From positions 4,533-68,532 of the forward strand of contig JBPCPI010000089.1 of the NCBI GenBank assembly GCA_050999295.1: DNA of 64,000 bases. The letters run 5' to 3'. Source of the stretch: Geodermatophilaceae bacterium (GTDB taxonomy: Bacteria; Actinomycetota; Actinomycetes; Mycobacteriales; Geodermatophilaceae). The stretch's first letter is position 1. The number at the start of each line of letters is the position of its first letter. The notes beneath the pieces were generated by a model that was not told where the DNA came from, did not search any database, and was given only the letters and a program-made list of their open reading frames with translations. Of the stretch, positions 25,784 through 35,387 are shown piece by piece. A program made the position numbers and the translations under genes.

Positions 25784-26797
25784 TCAACCATGCACCTGCG
25801 GCTTGCCGAGCCGGCCCACCACGTCGTCCACGTCCATCCCATGGAGCCGGAGCAGGTTCTCGCCGAGAATCTTGCGTTTGGCTACCTCCGTGAGCTGCGG
25901 GTAGCCATACCCGTCACACAGGTCCTGCGGTATCTGGAAGTCCATGAAGGCGCGAAGGGCCCACTGGGGATGGAAGATCGGCGCCTCGCTCCCGTATACG
26001 ATCTTGTCCTCTCCGCACCAGAACAGCAGCTTCCCGAGGATCTCGGCGAACATCCGCGGTGCGCGTACGAGGAAGTTGATCGTGGCAGCGAGCGAGGCGT
26101 AGAGATTCGCGTGCCGGATTAGTTGCCAGCAGGTCTCGTCGATGAACGGCAGGCCGACGTGGAAGATCACGAAGTTCAGATCCGGGAAGGCCGCGGCGCA
26201 ACCGTCCATGTCCCACGTCTGGGTGGCTTCGACCGGCTGGGGGCCGAGTGGCACGCCCTTATGCACGCCGATCAAATTGATCCCGAGTTCCTGGGCCTTC
26301 TCGAAGACCGGAAAGGCGATCTGGGGGTCGTCCATCCGCCAAGAGAACGGCGTACCGAAGTCATAGCGGACGTTGTAGAACTTGAAAGCCCGGGCGTTGA
26401 ACTCGCCGACCTGGCGCTCCATGTCGTCAAGAGCGCGGCGGCCCTCCAGTGGGTTCACCGTGCCCCAGTAAACAGTGCGTTCCGGATCCCGGGCGGCCAG
26501 CTCGGTGCACTCCTGCCACGGTGAGAGCCCGTCCTTGAACATGTCTGTCAGAGGCAGGGGCATCGCCACGAGCATGTCGGTGTCGGACTGGTCGTAGACC
26601 ATCTCCTGGATGTCGTTGGCCGTCCACTGACGCAGCCATTCCTCTTGCGGCAGAACCTTTTCACCGTCTGGAGTCAAGGTCGCGTGGAACGCGTACAGAT
26701 GGTTGATGAACATCTCGCCCGGCCGGCCGAAGGCGTTCTTGGGGTTGGCGTTGAAGGGGTGCGCGACGCCGTCGAAGACAAACGTGTCACCGATCAC
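25784..26797 (-). CDS. amidohydrolase-2 family metal-dependent hydrolase/decarboxylase
   Basis: TIM-barrel amidohydrolase pattern (FDGVAHPF near the N-terminus, FIDETCW, YGSEAPIFHPQW). GTG 26797 with GGAGG 6 nt upstream is preferred over ATG 26854. Confidence 0.7.
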   Translation of the reverse strand: MIGDTFVFDGVAHPFNANPKNAFGRPGEMFINHLYAFHATLTPDGEKVLPQEEWLRQWTANDIQEMVYDQSDTDMLVAMPLPLTDMFKDGLSPWQECTELAARDPERTVYWGTVNPLEGRRALDDMERQVGEFNARAFKFYNVRYDFGTPFSWRMDDPQIAFPVFEKAQELGINLIGVHKGVPLGPQPVEATQTWDMDGCAAAFPDLNFVIFHVGLPFIDETCWQLIRHANLYASLAATINFLVRAPRMFAEILGKLLFWCGEDKIVYGSEAPIFHPQWALRAFMDFQIPQDLCDGYGYPQLTEVAKRKILGENLLRLHGMDVDDVVGRLGKPQVHG

Positions 26798-27194
26798 GAG
26801 GAACCTCCGAAATGCTGAGTGGGAGTGCTGCGGGGTGGGCGGCCAGGTAGTCATCACGGCTGGACACCTGTGCCGGATCGGGTAGGAATCGGAGCTTGCG
26901 GCGTGCCTCTTCGGACAGACGATCGGTGGACCAGGCTTGGTCCCAAACGATCTCGACCTCGGCCTCGGTGACACCCGTCATCGCCGAGACCCGTTCCTCG
27001 ACCTCGGTGAGCACTTTCGCGGCAAACGGGCACCAGCCGGATGTCAGGAGGAGTTCAACCCGGATACCGCCGGATTCATCCTGTACAGCGGTGTGCAGCA
27101 GGCCCATGTCGACGACCGAGATGCCCTTCTCCCGACAGCATGGGTCATAAACATCCTGCAGGGCTGAGGACACCTGAGGCAGCACGTTCGTCAT
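26787..27194 (-). CDS. DUF59 (MIP18/PaaD-like) iron-sulfur-assembly-type small protein
   Basis: ATG 27194 with AGGAGG upstream. LQDVYDPCCREKGISVVDMGLL...LLLTSGWCPFA pattern. Confidence 0.7.
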   Translation of the reverse strand: MTNVLPQVSSALQDVYDPCCREKGISVVDMGLLHTAVQDESGGIRVELLLTSGWCPFAAKVLTEVEERVSAMTGVTEAEVEIVWDQAWSTDRLSEEARRKLRFLPDPAQVSSRDDYLAAHPAALPLSISEVPRDR

Positions 27195-27294
27195 CGGCGG
27201 ACCTCCTAGCGCGACCGTAGACGCCGTGCGATCTTTGCCCAAGCACCCAGATTTCATATCGTGAAATGAGGGTGGCCCGAGTGTGGAGGCAGAC

Positions 27295-28056
27295 ATGACC
27301 GATAACCATCCCGTCGACGAACCCAACGACCTCGTGCAGAGCGTGTCCCGCGCTCTCAGAGTGCTCGAGGAAGTCACCCGATCCAATGGCCCGATCACGG
27401 TCAAGGCGCTCGCCCGGCGGACCGACCTGAATCTGTCCACGACCTATCACCTCGTCCGCACGCTTGCCTACGAGGGCTACCTGGTCAGGCAGCAGGATGG
27501 GAGGTATGACGTAGGCCCCGAGGTCCCCCGGCGGTTCTGCGATCTCCGTTCCACCCTCGCGAAGTCACCCGATGCCCATCACGTCCTGCGCCATCTCGCG
27601 AGCACGACCCAACGCTCGGCCTACCTCGCACGATTCATCGGCGACCGCATCATGATCACCGATTTGGTCGAGGGCAGCGCTTCGCCCTATCTCGAGGACA
27701 TCGAGGTGGGCCTGGAGGCGGCCGCCCACGCCACCGCGCTGGGCAAAGCGCTGCTGGCGACGCTTCCGCGGGCCCGTCGGCACCAATATCTCGCCGAGCA
27801 GGGGATGCGGCCGTTCACTCGCCGCACCGTCACGGACCCCGACGCTCTCGACGACGAACTGGCCACCGTAGGTCCCGGCCTCCCCGTGCTCGACCACGGA
27901 CACTTCCGCGAGCACGTCACCTGTGCGGCCACACTGGTCCCCTGCGGTGGCGAAGACTCATGGTGGGCGCTCGCGGTGTCCGAGCGCGGACAGCGGATCA
28001 GCGACGCGGTGATCGACCACATGCTCCGAGCTGCGCAGGATCTGACAGTGCGCTAG
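27295..28056 (+). CDS. IclR family transcriptional regulator
   Basis: GGAGG lies 5 nt before ATG 27295. SVSRALRVLEEV...ITVKALARRTDLNLSTTYHLVRTL plus an effector domain. Confidence 0.88.
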   Translation: MTDNHPVDEPNDLVQSVSRALRVLEEVTRSNGPITVKALARRTDLNLSTTYHLVRTLAYEGYLVRQQDGRYDVGPEVPRRFCDLRSTLAKSPDAHHVLRHLASTTQRSAYLARFIGDRIMITDLVEGSASPYLEDIEVGLEAAAHATALGKALLATLPRARRHQYLAEQGMRPFTRRTVTDPDALDDELATVGPGLPVLDHGHFREHVTCAATLVPCGGEDSWWALAVSERGQRISDAVIDHMLRAAQDLTVR

Positions 28057-28206
28057 CTGTACCGACCCAGTGACGTGCAACTCGCAACCGGACCCATTGA
28101 GCCAGCTGATCGCCTGGCAGCTGCTCTCTCCTGGAACGGCCGCGGCGGCGTATCCCGCGCGCCCCCCAGACCTCGCCCCGTCAGACGCAACCAGAAGACT
28201 GTGTGG

Positions 28207-29376
28207 ATGAGCCACTGGCGGGCGATCGCGGGTGCCGTGTTGCTCGATCTCGCGATCAGCCCGCTGTTCGCCTGGGCCGTCCTTACGCCGCGGCTGAGCC
28301 ATGACATCGGCGTCGACCAGTCAGCCCTGGCGACGGTGTTCTCGGTCGGATTGGCCTCCTTCACCGCTGGCGTTCTCCTCGGCGGCCGGCTAGCCGACCG
28401 GATGGCCCCGCGGCGGCTGGCCGCGATCTGTCTGGTAGGAACAGTGTCGGGCCTGGGTGGCAGTTCGATCGCAACGTCGGTCACCACCCTGGTTCTGACA
28501 TTCGGGATCACGCTCGGTGGTGTCACCGGAGTCGGGTACGCGACCGCAGTTCGGGTCGCCGTGACCGTCGTGTCACGGCGCGGGCTGGCACTCAGCCTCG
28601 TCGTCAGCGCCTACGCCGCCGGGACGGCGGTGTTGGCGCCGAGCATCATGGTCCTGCTTCACGTCTTCAGCATGACCACTACGCTGCTGATTCTCGCCGG
28701 CTTGGCCGGAGCTCTCCTGGCCGTCTCGGTCTACCTGCTGCCGACACAGGTCAACGCTGGTATTTCGGCGCAGCTACCGCTGCGCTGCCCCAGCCCCCTG
28801 CCGCGTGCCAAGGTTGGCGCACTCTGGGTCATCTTCTGCCTGGGCAGTGCGCCGGCCCTGGCCGCCTTCGCCCATGCCGGTCAGCTGGTTGGCAACACAG
28901 CCACGGCCACGGCCGCGGTGGCGACGCTCAGTGCCGGCAACCTCGTCGGGCGACTTCTCGCCGGTCCGTTGTCGGACCGGATCGGCGTCTACCCGGCACT
29001 GCACGGCAACGTCGCACTACTAGCTCTGTCCTGTCTGCCGGTGGCAGTGGGGGCGACCGGAACGCCGGTGTTGGTGTCCCTGCTCCTGCTCGGCACCCAG
29101 TACGGAGCGCTCTCGGCACTGGTCCCGGCGGCAACGGCCAGCGCGGTCCCAACCCAACGGTTCGGCTTCACGTACGGGCTGGTCTTCACCGGTTGGGGCC
29201 TGGCCGGACTGGTTGCGCCCATCGCCGCCGCCTCGGCCGTCGACTCCGTGGGTGTCGACGGTCTGAGTCGCGTCGCATTGGTGGTGGCAGTATTCACTTG
29301 GGCCGCGCTCCTCGGATACGGTATGGCATCGCGCCAAGCAGGACCCAAACCTGCGCGTGAGGGTCGTGGGGCCTAG
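28207..29376 (+). CDS. MFS transporter
   Basis: About 12 hydrophobic segments with a GGRLADRMAPRR loop motif. ATG 28207 was chosen over the Arg/Pro-rich extension. Confidence 0.8.
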   Translation: MSHWRAIAGAVLLDLAISPLFAWAVLTPRLSHDIGVDQSALATVFSVGLASFTAGVLLGGRLADRMAPRRLAAICLVGTVSGLGGSSIATSVTTLVLTFGITLGGVTGVGYATAVRVAVTVVSRRGLALSLVVSAYAAGTAVLAPSIMVLLHVFSMTTTLLILAGLAGALLAVSVYLLPTQVNAGISAQLPLRCPSPLPRAKVGALWVIFCLGSAPALAAFAHAGQLVGNTATATAAVATLSAGNLVGRLLAGPLSDRIGVYPALHGNVALLALSCLPVAVGATGTPVLVSLLLLGTQYGALSALVPAATASAVPTQRFGFTYGLVFTGWGLAGLVAPIAAASAVDSVGVDGLSRVALVVAVFTWAALLGYGMASRQAGPKPAREGRGA

Positions 29377-29587
29377 GTCCGAGGTCAACTCTTGAACGCG
29401 TCGTCGCACCCCACGGGCACGGCGCGAAGTTCAGCCACAATGGCGATCGCCTTCCCAGATGTAAGAACGGGGTGACTGCGATGTCACCGGTTCGCCCATA
29501 AGGAGGTGGACCGTGACGCGAATGGCGGGCATCGACAAATTGAGTCAACCACGCCACCCACGCGCGCATTTTCGTCAACGCGGAGGG

Positions 29588-29616
29588 TTGACCGACTTGA
29601 CGAGTGGTCCTACCAT
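29588..29616 (+). promoter_or_regulatory. promoter with embedded FadR-type operator TGGTCCTACCA (GntR paralog 3)
   Basis: TTGACC (29588-29593), 17-nt spacer, TACCAT (29611-29616). Palindrome at 29605-29615. Confidence 0.6.
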
Positions 29617-29648
29617 TCGTCGAAGCGGTTGGACCTTCGGAGGTGCAT

Positions 29649-30443
29649 GTGGAGTCACCCAGCCCCAATCTCTCTGGTCTCGTGGGCGACCACTACCGCT
29701 CGGACCCGGTGTCCGCCGGGCTTTCCGATGTCATTCGCTTAGCGCCGGGGGATCGGCTGCCCGGCGAGCGAGACCTCGCCATCACACTCGGGGTGAGTCG
29801 CACGGCGCTGCGTGACCGGTTGCGGTTGATGGAGGGCTTGGGGGTTCTAAGGCGCACAACCGGCTCAGGCACCTTCGTGCAGGACCTTGATCCCACCGGC
29901 CTCGCGCTCGCCCTCGACATCGCACTGTCCTCGTCGCGGATTCCGCTCTCGGCGTTGCACAGCGTGCGGACGGCGATCGAGCGGCAGGCGGCCATTGAAG
30001 CGGCTGGTCAACAGGATCCCGTGCTGATCGCCCATATGCGGAAAGCGGTGGACACGATCGCCGCGTCGCCTGACAACCCCGAGGTGGACGCTGCGGACTT
30101 CCACTTTCATGACACTTTGCTACGGGCTTCCGGCAATCAGGCCCTCGCGTTTTTCGCCAGCGCTCTTGGCGGTGTGCTCCACAAGGCTCTTCACGAGCGA
30201 CGCATCGAGATGCGCAAGATCGCCGGTGACCGCGAGATCATGGTGCGCCTTCATCGCGACATCTATGATGCGGTGGCCTCCGGGGATTCCGCGGCCGCCG
30301 CCGCAGCAGTCGACGAGCATTTCGCCACTTTCGACCGGCTGGCGATCGCGGCCCAGAAGTTGACCGCGCCCTCCGAACTGAATGCCAGGAAGGCAGGCTC
30401 TCGGACGACCAGGGACCTCGGGGGCGCCTTTTCTCCTGACTGA
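29649..30443 (+). CDS. GntR/FadR family transcriptional regulator (paralog 3)
   Basis: GGAGG lies 5 nt before in-frame GTG 29649. wHTH plus FCD domain. Confidence 0.85.
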   Translation: MESPSPNLSGLVGDHYRSDPVSAGLSDVIRLAPGDRLPGERDLAITLGVSRTALRDRLRLMEGLGVLRRTTGSGTFVQDLDPTGLALALDIALSSSRIPLSALHSVRTAIERQAAIEAAGQQDPVLIAHMRKAVDTIAASPDNPEVDAADFHFHDTLLRASGNQALAFFASALGGVLHKALHERRIEMRKIAGDREIMVRLHRDIYDAVASGDSAAAAAAVDEHFATFDRLAIAAQKLTAPSELNARKAGSRTTRDLGGAFSPD

Positions 30444-30546
30444 CGTGCGAACGATGTACGGGCACCGCACCGGCTACCAGTGGAATGCCTACGACCCACC
30501 CACCTATCCCTGCCCCCAACCAGGTCTCACGATGAGGAGCGCAACG

Positions 30547-31620
30547 ATGCGCACACTGTGGAAAACAACGATTGTGCTGTTGAGCGTGGCGTTATTGATT
30601 GTGTCATGCGGCGGGTCCGGCGGCGGGGGTGGCTCCTCCGATGAGGGAGGGGGTAGTGCTGCGGCCCAGGATTGCACTGACAAGACAATCCGGCTCAGTT
30701 TCATCGCCTCCGACACCTCGACCTGGGCCAAGGCCTCCGAGGAGTTCAAGGAGCGCACGGAATCCGAGACTGACGGGCGCATCACCGTGGAGCTGTACTC
30801 CGGTGGCCAGCTGGCGTCAGGAAATCAGCAAGCCGAACTGCAGCAGGTGCAGCAGGGGGTCATTGACGCGCTGTGGGTCAGCCCCATCATTCTCGCTCTC
30901 TATGCCGATCCCCGCTTCGACATCTACAGCCTGCCGTTCCTGTTTCCAGACCATGAAGTCGCGAACGAGGTCATCGATGGCGAGGTGGGCGAGCTGACCG
31001 AGGGCTGGCTTCGGGAAGCGGGGTTTGAGCCGCTCGGATGGGGTGTCAACGGCTTCCGGCAGGTCACCAACGACGAAAGACCAATCCGGACGCCGGCGGA
31101 CATGGAGGGACTCAAGTTCCGTGTCGCCGGGACCGACCTCTTCAAGACCGTCTTCAGCGAACTCGGTGCCGAGCCGGTCACGATGAGTTTCGGTGAGGTC
31201 TTCACCGCCTTGCAGCAGGGGGCGATCGACGGCCAGGAGAACCCGCTGTCGATCATCTACAGCTCCAGCCTGCAGGACGTACAAAGCCATGTGAGCTTGT
31301 GGAACTACAGCTATGACCCGCTGGTCCTTGCCATGAATCAGGGGGCTTTCGATGGGCTGTGCGCCGAAGATCAGGAAGTGCTCAAGACGGCGGCCCAAGC
31401 CGGTGGAGATCTCCAGCGTGAGCTCACCATCGAGGAGGACGAGAGCCTGCCAGCCCAGCTCGAAGCCGAAGGCATGGAGGTAGTGCCGACCGAGGATATC
31501 GACGTGGAAGCCTTCCGCGACCTCATCGTCGAGCCGATCTACACCCAGTGGGAGGAGATCATCGGTGCGGACAACTTGCAGATGATGGTGGACGCCGTCG
31601 AGCAGGCCGAGGGCTCCTGA
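30547..31620 (+). CDS. dctP: TRAP transporter substrate-binding lipoprotein
   Basis: GAGGAG lies 6 nt before ATG 30547. Lipobox LIVSCGG. DctP-family body (FRVAGTDLF..., GAIDGQENP). Confidence 0.88.
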   Translation: MRTLWKTTIVLLSVALLIVSCGGSGGGGGSSDEGGGSAAAQDCTDKTIRLSFIASDTSTWAKASEEFKERTESETDGRITVELYSGGQLASGNQQAELQQVQQGVIDALWVSPIILALYADPRFDIYSLPFLFPDHEVANEVIDGEVGELTEGWLREAGFEPLGWGVNGFRQVTNDERPIRTPADMEGLKFRVAGTDLFKTVFSELGAEPVTMSFGEVFTALQQGAIDGQENPLSIIYSSSLQDVQSHVSLWNYSYDPLVLAMNQGAFDGLCAEDQEVLKTAAQAGGDLQRELTIEEDESLPAQLEAEGMEVVPTEDIDVEAFRDLIVEPIYTQWEEIIGADNLQMMVDAVEQAEGS

Positions 31621-32210
31621 TGAGTCCGGCGGGAGGTCGTCGGCGCCAAGACGATGCCGCCGACCTCTCGCCTCTGGAGCGGGCCGCGGAACAGGCCGCG
31701 GTCGCGCAGCCGACGGGCGCAGATCGCCTGGACGACGACACGCCGGCTCGTCTGGCGCCTGATGACTATGCTGGGATGCTCCTGCTGGCCGTCATGGTTC
31801 TGATTGCGCTGGTCGCGGTTGCGGGCCGATTCTTCCCCGCCCTTTCCATCCCGTACTCCGACCAGATGCTGCCCGACATGCTGGTGTGGCTGGCCTTGCT
31901 GGGCGCGGTCAGTGCGGTCCGATGGCGCCAGCATCTGGGCATGAGCGCTCTGATCGACAAGCTACCCCCGCGGGGCCGACAGTCTCTTTCCGTCGGCGTC
32001 AACCTGCTTGCCGTGACATTCTTCGCGGTCATCGCTTACCGCGGGTTCGAAGTGGTCCGACTGCAGTACTCCTCAGGACTGGACAGCCCCGGTGGCTACC
32101 CGTCGTGGCTCGTCGCCCTGGCGTTCCCGGTCTGCGCGGTGCTCATCATCGGCCGGTTGCTGTGGAACGCCTGGCTCAGCGCCCGTCGGCTGGCAAGGAC
32201 TGACCGCTGA
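31620..32210 (+). CDS. dctQ: TRAP transporter small permease
   Basis: The ATG overlaps the dctP stop. Four hydrophobic helices after a charged N-terminus. Confidence 0.8.
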   Translation: MSPAGGRRRQDDAADLSPLERAAEQAAVAQPTGADRLDDDTPARLAPDDYAGMLLLAVMVLIALVAVAGRFFPALSIPYSDQMLPDMLVWLALLGAVSAVRWRQHLGMSALIDKLPPRGRQSLSVGVNLLAVTFFAVIAYRGFEVVRLQYSSGLDSPGGYPSWLVALAFPVCAVLIIGRLLWNAWLSARRLARTDR

Positions 32211-33700
32211 TGGACCCCCTGGTGACGCTGGTGCTCTTCGCGTCCTTTGTCATCCTTCTGGCGGTCGGCGCGCCCATCTACCTTTCCCTTGGCCTGTCCG
32301 CTCTGATCGTCATAGCGGTCTTTGACCTGGTGCCTCTTGCCGCCGTGCCGAGTCAGATCCAAGGATCGCTCTCCTCGTTCACGTTGCTGGCAGTGCCGTT
32401 CTTCATATTTGCGGGGAACTTGCTGGCGGGCTCGGAGCTGACGGCTCGGCTGATCGACCTCTCGCGCGCTGTGGTCGGTCGGGTGCGTGGTGGGCTAGCC
32501 ATTGTCACGACGATCACCGGGGTCTTCTTCGCCGGCATCTCCGGGTCTGGCCCAGCCGACACCGCAGCCCTAGGGGCGACCCTGCTGCCGGCCTTGGACA
32601 GGGACCGGTACGACAAGGGCTTCAGTGCGGCCTTGGTCGCGGCGAGCGGCGCGATCGGTATCATCGTTCCTCCCTCGATCGCGCTCATCATCTACGGGGT
32701 GGTGGCCAATGCGTCCATCGGCCGGCTGTTCCTGGCTGGCGTTCTCCCCGGAGTCCTCGTGGCCGTGAGCCTTGCCGTGGTGAGCGTGATCCAGTCAAGG
32801 CGGAAGGGATACGGTCCGCTCGAGCCCGCTCACGAAACCCTCGCCTCCGCTGACCCGATCGGCAGCAAGGCCCTCGCCCCGCCGCATGCCGGATCCGCCC
32901 ACCCGGAAGCGGGCCAGGAAAGGCGTACGGAGGCTGGCAAGGTAACCGGCACGGAGGACCGGGTGGCCGTGCACGTGGAAACCGGGCCGGTCGATGAGCG
33001 CACACTCGCCGCCCCCCCGCGTCCCGGCCGTGCCCGCCTGATCGCCCACACATTCCGCCGCGCAGTGTGGGGCCTGCTCGCGCCGTTGATCATCCTCGGC
33101 GGAATCTATGGCGGCATATTCACACCGACGGAGGCGGCTGCGGTCGTTGTGCTGTACGCCTTGTTCGTTGGCGTTTTCGTCTACCGCGACATGCGGATCA
33201 AGTCCTTCATATCCGTGCTGGCGGAGTCCACCCGGACGACTGGTGTGGTCATGATCATCGTGGCGTGCGCGTCGTTGTTCGCGTTCCTGCTCAATACCCA
33301 GGGCATCGCCAGAGCTGCGGCGACCGGACTGGCCGACGCCATACCCAATGCCGTCCTCACCCTGCTGCTGATCAACGTGATCCTGTTGGTCGCGGGCGCC
33401 TTCCTCGATGCGATCAGCGTCTTCTACATCCTCACGCCGATCTTGCTGCCCACCGCAGTCGCCTTCGGCGTGGACCCGATTCATTTCGGCATCATCATGT
33501 GTGTCAACCTCGCCATCGGACAGATCACGCCGCCCGTGGGAGTCAATCTGTACGTTGCCGCCGCGGTGGGGAGGATTCCGGTGGCGCGTGTGATCGGCTC
33601 GCTCGGGCCGATCCTGCTCGCCGAACTCGTCGCTCTGGGCATCATCACCTTCGTTCCCGGCCTCAGCCTGTGGCTGCCCGACGTCCTGGGTGTCCTATGA
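32210..33700 (+). CDS. dctM: TRAP transporter large permease (with about 55-70 aa hydrophilic insertion)
   Basis: DctM pattern (LLAVPFFIFAGNLL, GGIFTPTEAAAV, TPPVGVNLYVAA). 496 aa. Confidence 0.9.
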   Translation: MDPLVTLVLFASFVILLAVGAPIYLSLGLSALIVIAVFDLVPLAAVPSQIQGSLSSFTLLAVPFFIFAGNLLAGSELTARLIDLSRAVVGRVRGGLAIVTTITGVFFAGISGSGPADTAALGATLLPALDRDRYDKGFSAALVAASGAIGIIVPPSIALIIYGVVANASIGRLFLAGVLPGVLVAVSLAVVSVIQSRRKGYGPLEPAHETLASADPIGSKALAPPHAGSAHPEAGQERRTEAGKVTGTEDRVAVHVETGPVDERTLAAPPRPGRARLIAHTFRRAVWGLLAPLIILGGIYGGIFTPTEAAAVVVLYALFVGVFVYRDMRIKSFISVLAESTRTTGVVMIIVACASLFAFLLNTQGIARAAATGLADAIPNAVLTLLLINVILLVAGAFLDAISVFYILTPILLPTAVAFGVDPIHFGIIMCVNLAIGQITPPVGVNLYVAAAVGRIPVARVIGSLGPILLAELVALGIITFVPGLSLWLPDVLGVL

Positions 33701-34167
33701 GAACGGCGTCTGGAACCGGACTTGTCCTGGTCCGTCTCGAGGCGACTGAAGACGTTTTCGCCGGATTGTTGATGGTCTTCGACGATTTGGGCGTCGATGC
33801 TGCATCGGTCAGCGGGATGGTGGGCAGCCTGCAGCGGGTGGAGTACGCGACAGCAGTGTGCGACCCGCGCGGGCGCCCTGGCTATAGCCGCAGCGTCATA
33901 CGGAATGGTCCCATCGAGATCGGGTCCGCGCAGGGGCAACTGGGCCGGAATCCAGCCGGCCGACCTGAGCTGCATTTGCACGGGGTCTTCTTCACCGACG
34001 TCGGAACGGTGTTCGGCGGACATGTCGTCGAGGCCGAGGTCCTCGTCACCGTCGAGGTCGCCCTCATCCCCGATCGCGATGTCGGCTGGAGCAGGGACTA
34101 CGTACGAGTCAAAGGATCGGATCCGCTACCTGTCCTGCAACCGATCAACACGGAGGGTAACGCCTAG
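33697..34167 (+). CDS. PPC (DUF296) domain protein, copy B
   Basis: ATGA overlap with the dctM stop. LVLVRLEATEDVF...VDAASVSGMVGSL...IEIGSAQG...ELHLHGVFFTDVGTVFGGHVVEAEVLVTVEVAL fits the PPC beta-sandwich consensus. Confidence 0.7.
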   Translation: MRTASGTGLVLVRLEATEDVFAGLLMVFDDLGVDAASVSGMVGSLQRVEYATAVCDPRGRPGYSRSVIRNGPIEIGSAQGQLGRNPAGRPELHLHGVFFTDVGTVFGGHVVEAEVLVTVEVALIPDRDVGWSRDYVRVKGSDPLPVLQPINTEGNA

Positions 34168-34240
34168 TGACCACGCCAACTGTCAGCTTCGGCCCATGCC
34201 AAAGTGCTCGCTGCTCGACTGCACACAGAGGAGGCCGCAC

Positions 34241-35284
34241 GTGACCACCACCGACATACCGGTTGAACCGATAGCACCTGGTGAGCCCTCGCCGTCGTCC
34301 GGCAGCGCAAGCCTGCGCGACAGCGGGTTGTCACGTGTCGATGCCGTTGACCTGTACCGCACCATGGTGCGAATTCGATCCTTCGAGACGGCAACCGAGA
34401 AGTTGTTCCTCGGCTCGGAGATCCCAGGCTTCGTCCATCTGAGTATCGGCCAGGAAGCGGTTGCAGCGGGCGTGTGTGCGGCCTTGCGCGATGACGACTA
34501 CATCACCAGTACCCATCGTGGCCACGGGCACACCTTGGCAAAGGGAGCCCCGACGGACCGGATGATGGCCGAGCTCTTCGGCCGGGACACCGGCATCTGC
34601 CGGGGTCGTGGCGGTTCGATGCACATCGCCGACTTCTCGGTCGGCATGCTCGGAGCCAACGGCATCGTGGCTGGCGGTCTCGGCCTGGCCGCCGGCGCCG
34701 GCCTCAGCAGCCTGCTCACCAGCGGAGACACCATAAGCGCCAGCTTCTTCGGTGATGGCGCGACGGCGCGCGGGCCCTTCCACGAGGCTTTGAATCTCGC
34801 CCGAGTCTGGAACCTGCCCGTGGTCTTCGTCTGCGAGAACAACGGGTGGGCCAGCACCAGCAGGGCTGAGGACATGCTCGCGGTCCCGAACGTCTCTGAC
34901 CGAGCGGCTGCCTACGACATGCACACCGCAGTCGTCGACGGCAATGACGTCTTCGCGGTGCACACCGCAGCCACCGACGCGATCGAGCGCGCCCGCACCG
35001 GAGGCGGCCCCACATTGCTCGAGGCTCGTACGTACCGCATGCGGGGCCACTACATCGGAGATCCCACCAAGTACCGCGACCCCGCTGAGCTGGCCAAGTG
35101 GGAGGGACTGGACTGCCTCGCGCGAGCCGGCAAGCTGCTCCTGGAGGCAGGGTGGCTCGAAGACGAGGAACGTCAGACGATGCACGACGAGGCAGATGCC
35201 GAGATCGAGCGGGCAGTTGAATTCGCCCGGGAGTCACCACTGCCCGATCCGGATGAATTGCGACGCTTCGTCTATGGCGACTGA
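34241..35284 (+). CDS. thiamine-diphosphate-dependent 2-oxoacid/acetoin dehydrogenase E1 alpha subunit
   Basis: AGAGGAGG lies 6 nt before GTG 34241. HLSIGQEA, STHRGHGH, GGSMH, FFGDGA...ENNGWA. Confidence 0.88.
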   Translation: MTTTDIPVEPIAPGEPSPSSGSASLRDSGLSRVDAVDLYRTMVRIRSFETATEKLFLGSEIPGFVHLSIGQEAVAAGVCAALRDDDYITSTHRGHGHTLAKGAPTDRMMAELFGRDTGICRGRGGSMHIADFSVGMLGANGIVAGGLGLAAGAGLSSLLTSGDTISASFFGDGATARGPFHEALNLARVWNLPVVFVCENNGWASTSRAEDMLAVPNVSDRAAAYDMHTAVVDGNDVFAVHTAATDAIERARTGGGPTLLEARTYRMRGHYIGDPTKYRDPAELAKWEGLDCLARAGKLLLEAGWLEDEERQTMHDEADAEIERAVEFARESPLPDPDELRRFVYGD

Positions 35285-35387
35285 GGACGGGGATCCGCGC
35301 AGCCTGCAGGACGCCGTCGCAATTCTCAGAACCGGCGAACCATTGAACCCACGCAAGACTCGATAGCGCGACCCACGAGGAGATCCG

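Noticed and set aside
29469-29493. Imperfect hairpin GAACGGGGTGAC-TGCGAT-GTCACCGGTTC downstream of the MFS gene as a terminator
   Set aside because: It has no U-tract and lies about 95 nt after the stop. It could equally be a protein-binding dyad, and there is not enough evidence for either.
30467-30482. GGCTACCAGTGG upstream of dctP as a further GntR box
   Set aside because: It is only a partial match (TGGTAG-CC versus TGGTAGGACC) and lacks the dyad.
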